Virus record (IMG/VR): IMGVR_UViG_2565956631_000003
Coordinates: 1-7,264 of that record
DNA length: 7,264 nt
Strand: one strand, 5' to 3'
From: a virus
Taxonomy: Duplodnaviria > Heunggongvirae > Uroviricota > Caudoviricetes
Shown here: positions 5,947 to 7,264 of the stretch, one piece after another
Position numbering within the stretch: position 1 is the stretch's first letter
How the letters are laid out: each line of letters starts with the position of its first letter
Made by a program: the position numbers and the translations under genes
The notes under the pieces: generated by a model
Told to the model about the DNA's origin: nothing
Databases searched by the model: none
The model's input: only the letters and a program-made list of their open reading frames with translations

Positions 5947-6285
5947 ATGCTTATGGTGAAAAAGACTATTTATGTTAATCCTGACCGCGGACAAAACAGA
6001 AAAGTATCTGATAGAGGTCTTACATCTCGAGACAGGAGGAGAATAGCGAGATGGGAAAAGAGGATAGCATATGCATTAAAAAACGGTGTAACACCTGGAT
6101 TTAATGCTATAGATGACGGTCCTGAATATAAGATTAATGAAGACCCAATGGATAAAGTTGACAAAGCATTAGCAACACCATTTCCTCGCGATGTCGAAAA
6201 AATTGAAGATGAAAAATATGAGGATGTAATGCACAGAGTTGTTAATCACGCTCACCAACGAAATCCAAATAAAAAATGGTCATAG
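5947..6285 (+). CDS. Hypothetical 113-aa protein in an AT-rich segment immediately after N
   Basis: ORF begins at the N stop (TTG 5941, ATG 5947 or 5953; no clear Shine-Dalgarno, so the start is uncertain). Arg-rich N-terminal half (RGQNRKVSDRGLTSRDRRRIARWEKR) and acidic C-terminal half (EDPMDKVDK...EKIEDEKYED). AT-rich codon usage unlike the flanking genes. No family recognised. Confidence 0.5.
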   Translation: MLMVKKTIYVNPDRGQNRKVSDRGLTSRDRRRIARWEKRIAYALKNGVTPGFNAIDDGPEYKINEDPMDKVDKALATPFPRDVEKIEDEKYEDVMHRVVNHAHQRNPNKKWS

Positions 6286-6309
6286 CACACTTCGGTGGGT
6301 TTTTTATTG
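6286..6309 (+). terminator. Possible weak terminator (tL1-like position)
   Basis: Short CAC-UUCG-GUG hairpin followed by GGGUUUUUUAUU. The stem is weak; the U-tract is strong. Confidence 0.3.
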
Positions 6310-6418
6310 TCTGAACTAACCGAATTTATTACAGCAAGCCACGCAGTGAAATGGGTGTGACTTGTGTTGGTCGCCAGAAAATGAAATTAGGCAGCAAACC
6401 ACTTATTTGAGGTGATAT

Positions 6419-6505
6419 ATGGAAGAAGAATTTGAAGAGTTCGAAGAGCATCCTCAGGATGTGATGGAACAATACCAGGACTATCCGTATGACTACGACT
6501 ATTGA
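6419..6505 (+). CDS. 28-aa highly acidic, aromatic-rich micro-ORF overlapping the ral start
   Basis: GAGGTGA Shine-Dalgarno 6 nt before ATG 6419. Translation MEEEFEEFEEHPQDVMEQYQDYPYDYDY. The TGA at 6503-6505 overlaps the ral ATG (6489) by 17 nt. Confidence 0.4.
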   Translation: MEEEFEEFEEHPQDVMEQYQDYPYDYDY

Positions 6506-6689
6506 TAAAAATCAATGGTGTGGACAATTCAAGCGATGCAATGGATGCAAGCTGCAATCGGAATGCATGGTTAAGCCTGAAGAAATGTTTCCTGTAATGG
6601 AAGATGGGAAATATGTCGATAAATGGGCAATACGAACGACGGCAATGATTGCCAGAGAACTTGGTAAACAGAACAACAAGGCTGCCTGA
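6489..6689 (+). CDS. ral: Ral antirestriction protein (lambda Ral-like, 66 aa)
   Basis: MTTTIDKNQWCGQFKRCNGCKLQSECMVKPEEMFPVMEDGKYVDKWAIRTTAMIARELGKQNNKAA matches my recollection of lambda Ral. Four Cys (C-x5-C-x2-C-x5-C). Early-left operon position downstream of N. Confidence 0.7.
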   Translation: MTTTIDKNQWCGQFKRCNGCKLQSECMVKPEEMFPVMEDGKYVDKWAIRTTAMIARELGKQNNKAA

Positions 6690-6728
6690 TGGTGGCCTTT
6701 ATTTTTGGCATAAACAACAGAGGCTAAC

Positions 6729-7025
6729 ATGGAATTTAAAGGTACTGAAGGTAAGTGGGAAATAATGATGGATGGCGATGAGATTAAAATCATCCAGGCA
6801 GACTCACTTGAAAATGGCGCAGGCTGGCGTTCGTATATTGCAATCTGTGAGGAAGTTCAATGTATTGAAGATGCCAATCTAATAGCGGCAGCACCTGACC
6901 TTCTCGAAGCACTTCAGTTATTACTTAAGCAATCCAAAAATAGAACAACGACAACATATCCAGAATGGTATGGAGCTGTTAATAAAGGTCTTGCAGCAAT
7001 CAGCAAGGCTCTGGGAGGTGAATGA
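6729..7025 (+). CDS. Hypothetical early-left protein with an ANLIAAAPDLLEAL motif (possibly Ead/Ea22-like)
   Basis: 98-aa ORF with GAGG Shine-Dalgarno 5 nt upstream. The NLIAAAPDLLEAL motif recurs in small lambdoid early proteins by my recollection. Family assignment is tentative. Confidence 0.55.
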   Translation: MEFKGTEGKWEIMMDGDEIKIIQADSLENGAGWRSYIAICEEVQCIEDANLIAAAPDLLEALQLLLKQSKNRTTTTYPEWYGAVNKGLAAISKALGGE

Positions 7026-7234
7026 TGTGCGAGTTTTATGAAGCAGATATCAAACGCCCAGAAATGGCAAGTGATGCGACATTACGTGATTACTTCGCTG
7101 CTAAGGCTATGGCAGCAATAGTGCGCAGATGGGACGGACATTCCTTTGGCGGTGGACAGAATTCACCACAGTACAAAGAATTAGCAGATGATGCCTACTT
7201 TATTGCTGATGCCATTCTCAAAGCTCGCGAATAA
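7022..7234 (+). CDS. Hypothetical 70-aa protein, translationally coupled to the upstream ORF
   Basis: ATGATG start overlaps the upstream stop (GGAGGTGAATGATG), with GGAGG as Shine-Dalgarno. The true start may be ATG 7025. No family recognised. Confidence 0.55.
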   Translation: MMCEFYEADIKRPEMASDATLRDYFAAKAMAAIVRRWDGHSFGGGQNSPQYKELADDAYFIADAILKARE

Positions 7235-7264
7235 GCACTGTGTATTCATTCCAACGAGTGAATA

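Noticed and set aside
5970-6164. 64-aa minus-strand ORF
   Set aside because: Antisense within the 114-aa ORF and faces into the early-left operon. No ribosome-binding site.
6351-6410. 19-aa ORF in the intergenic region before the acidic micro-ORF
   Set aside because: Very short, poor Shine-Dalgarno, and nothing to distinguish it from chance.
6512-6793. 93-aa minus-strand ORF
   Set aside because: Antisense across ral and the start of the next gene. Ser/Ile/Leu-rich shadow translation.
1-7264. Integrase, attachment site, tRNA, rRNA or insertion sequence
   Set aside because: No tRNA-like cloverleaf, no transposase or integrase-sized ORF, and no terminal inverted repeats. The window appears to be entirely internal to the prophage early region.

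Overview
This window reads as the early-control and replication core of a mosaic lambdoid (P22/lambda/phi21-like) prophage, inverted relative to the usual lambda map. All calls rest on manual reading of the ORF track and sequence; protein identities are from recalled family signatures, not a database search. On the minus strand, from high to low coordinate: cro, nutR, a cII-like activator, a 48-aa small ORF, an O-like replication initiator carrying internal ori iterons, a translationally coupled DnaB-type helicase, a tR2-like terminator, three tightly packed unrecognised small genes (one a 2-TM membrane protein), ninB, and a partial ORF running off the window. On the plus strand: a P22 c2-type repressor bounded by OR/PR/PRM and OL/PL operators, nutL, a phi21-type N antiterminator, an AT-rich 114-aa ORF, a 28-aa acidic micro-ORF, ral, and two coupled small ORFs. 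An oop-like antisense RNA overlaps the 3' end of cII. No CRISPR array, tRNA, rRNA or transposase is evident. The best candidates for undescribed function are the three-gene cassette between the helicase and ninB and the AT-rich gene fused onto the end of N; I cannot assign either a function from sequence alone.
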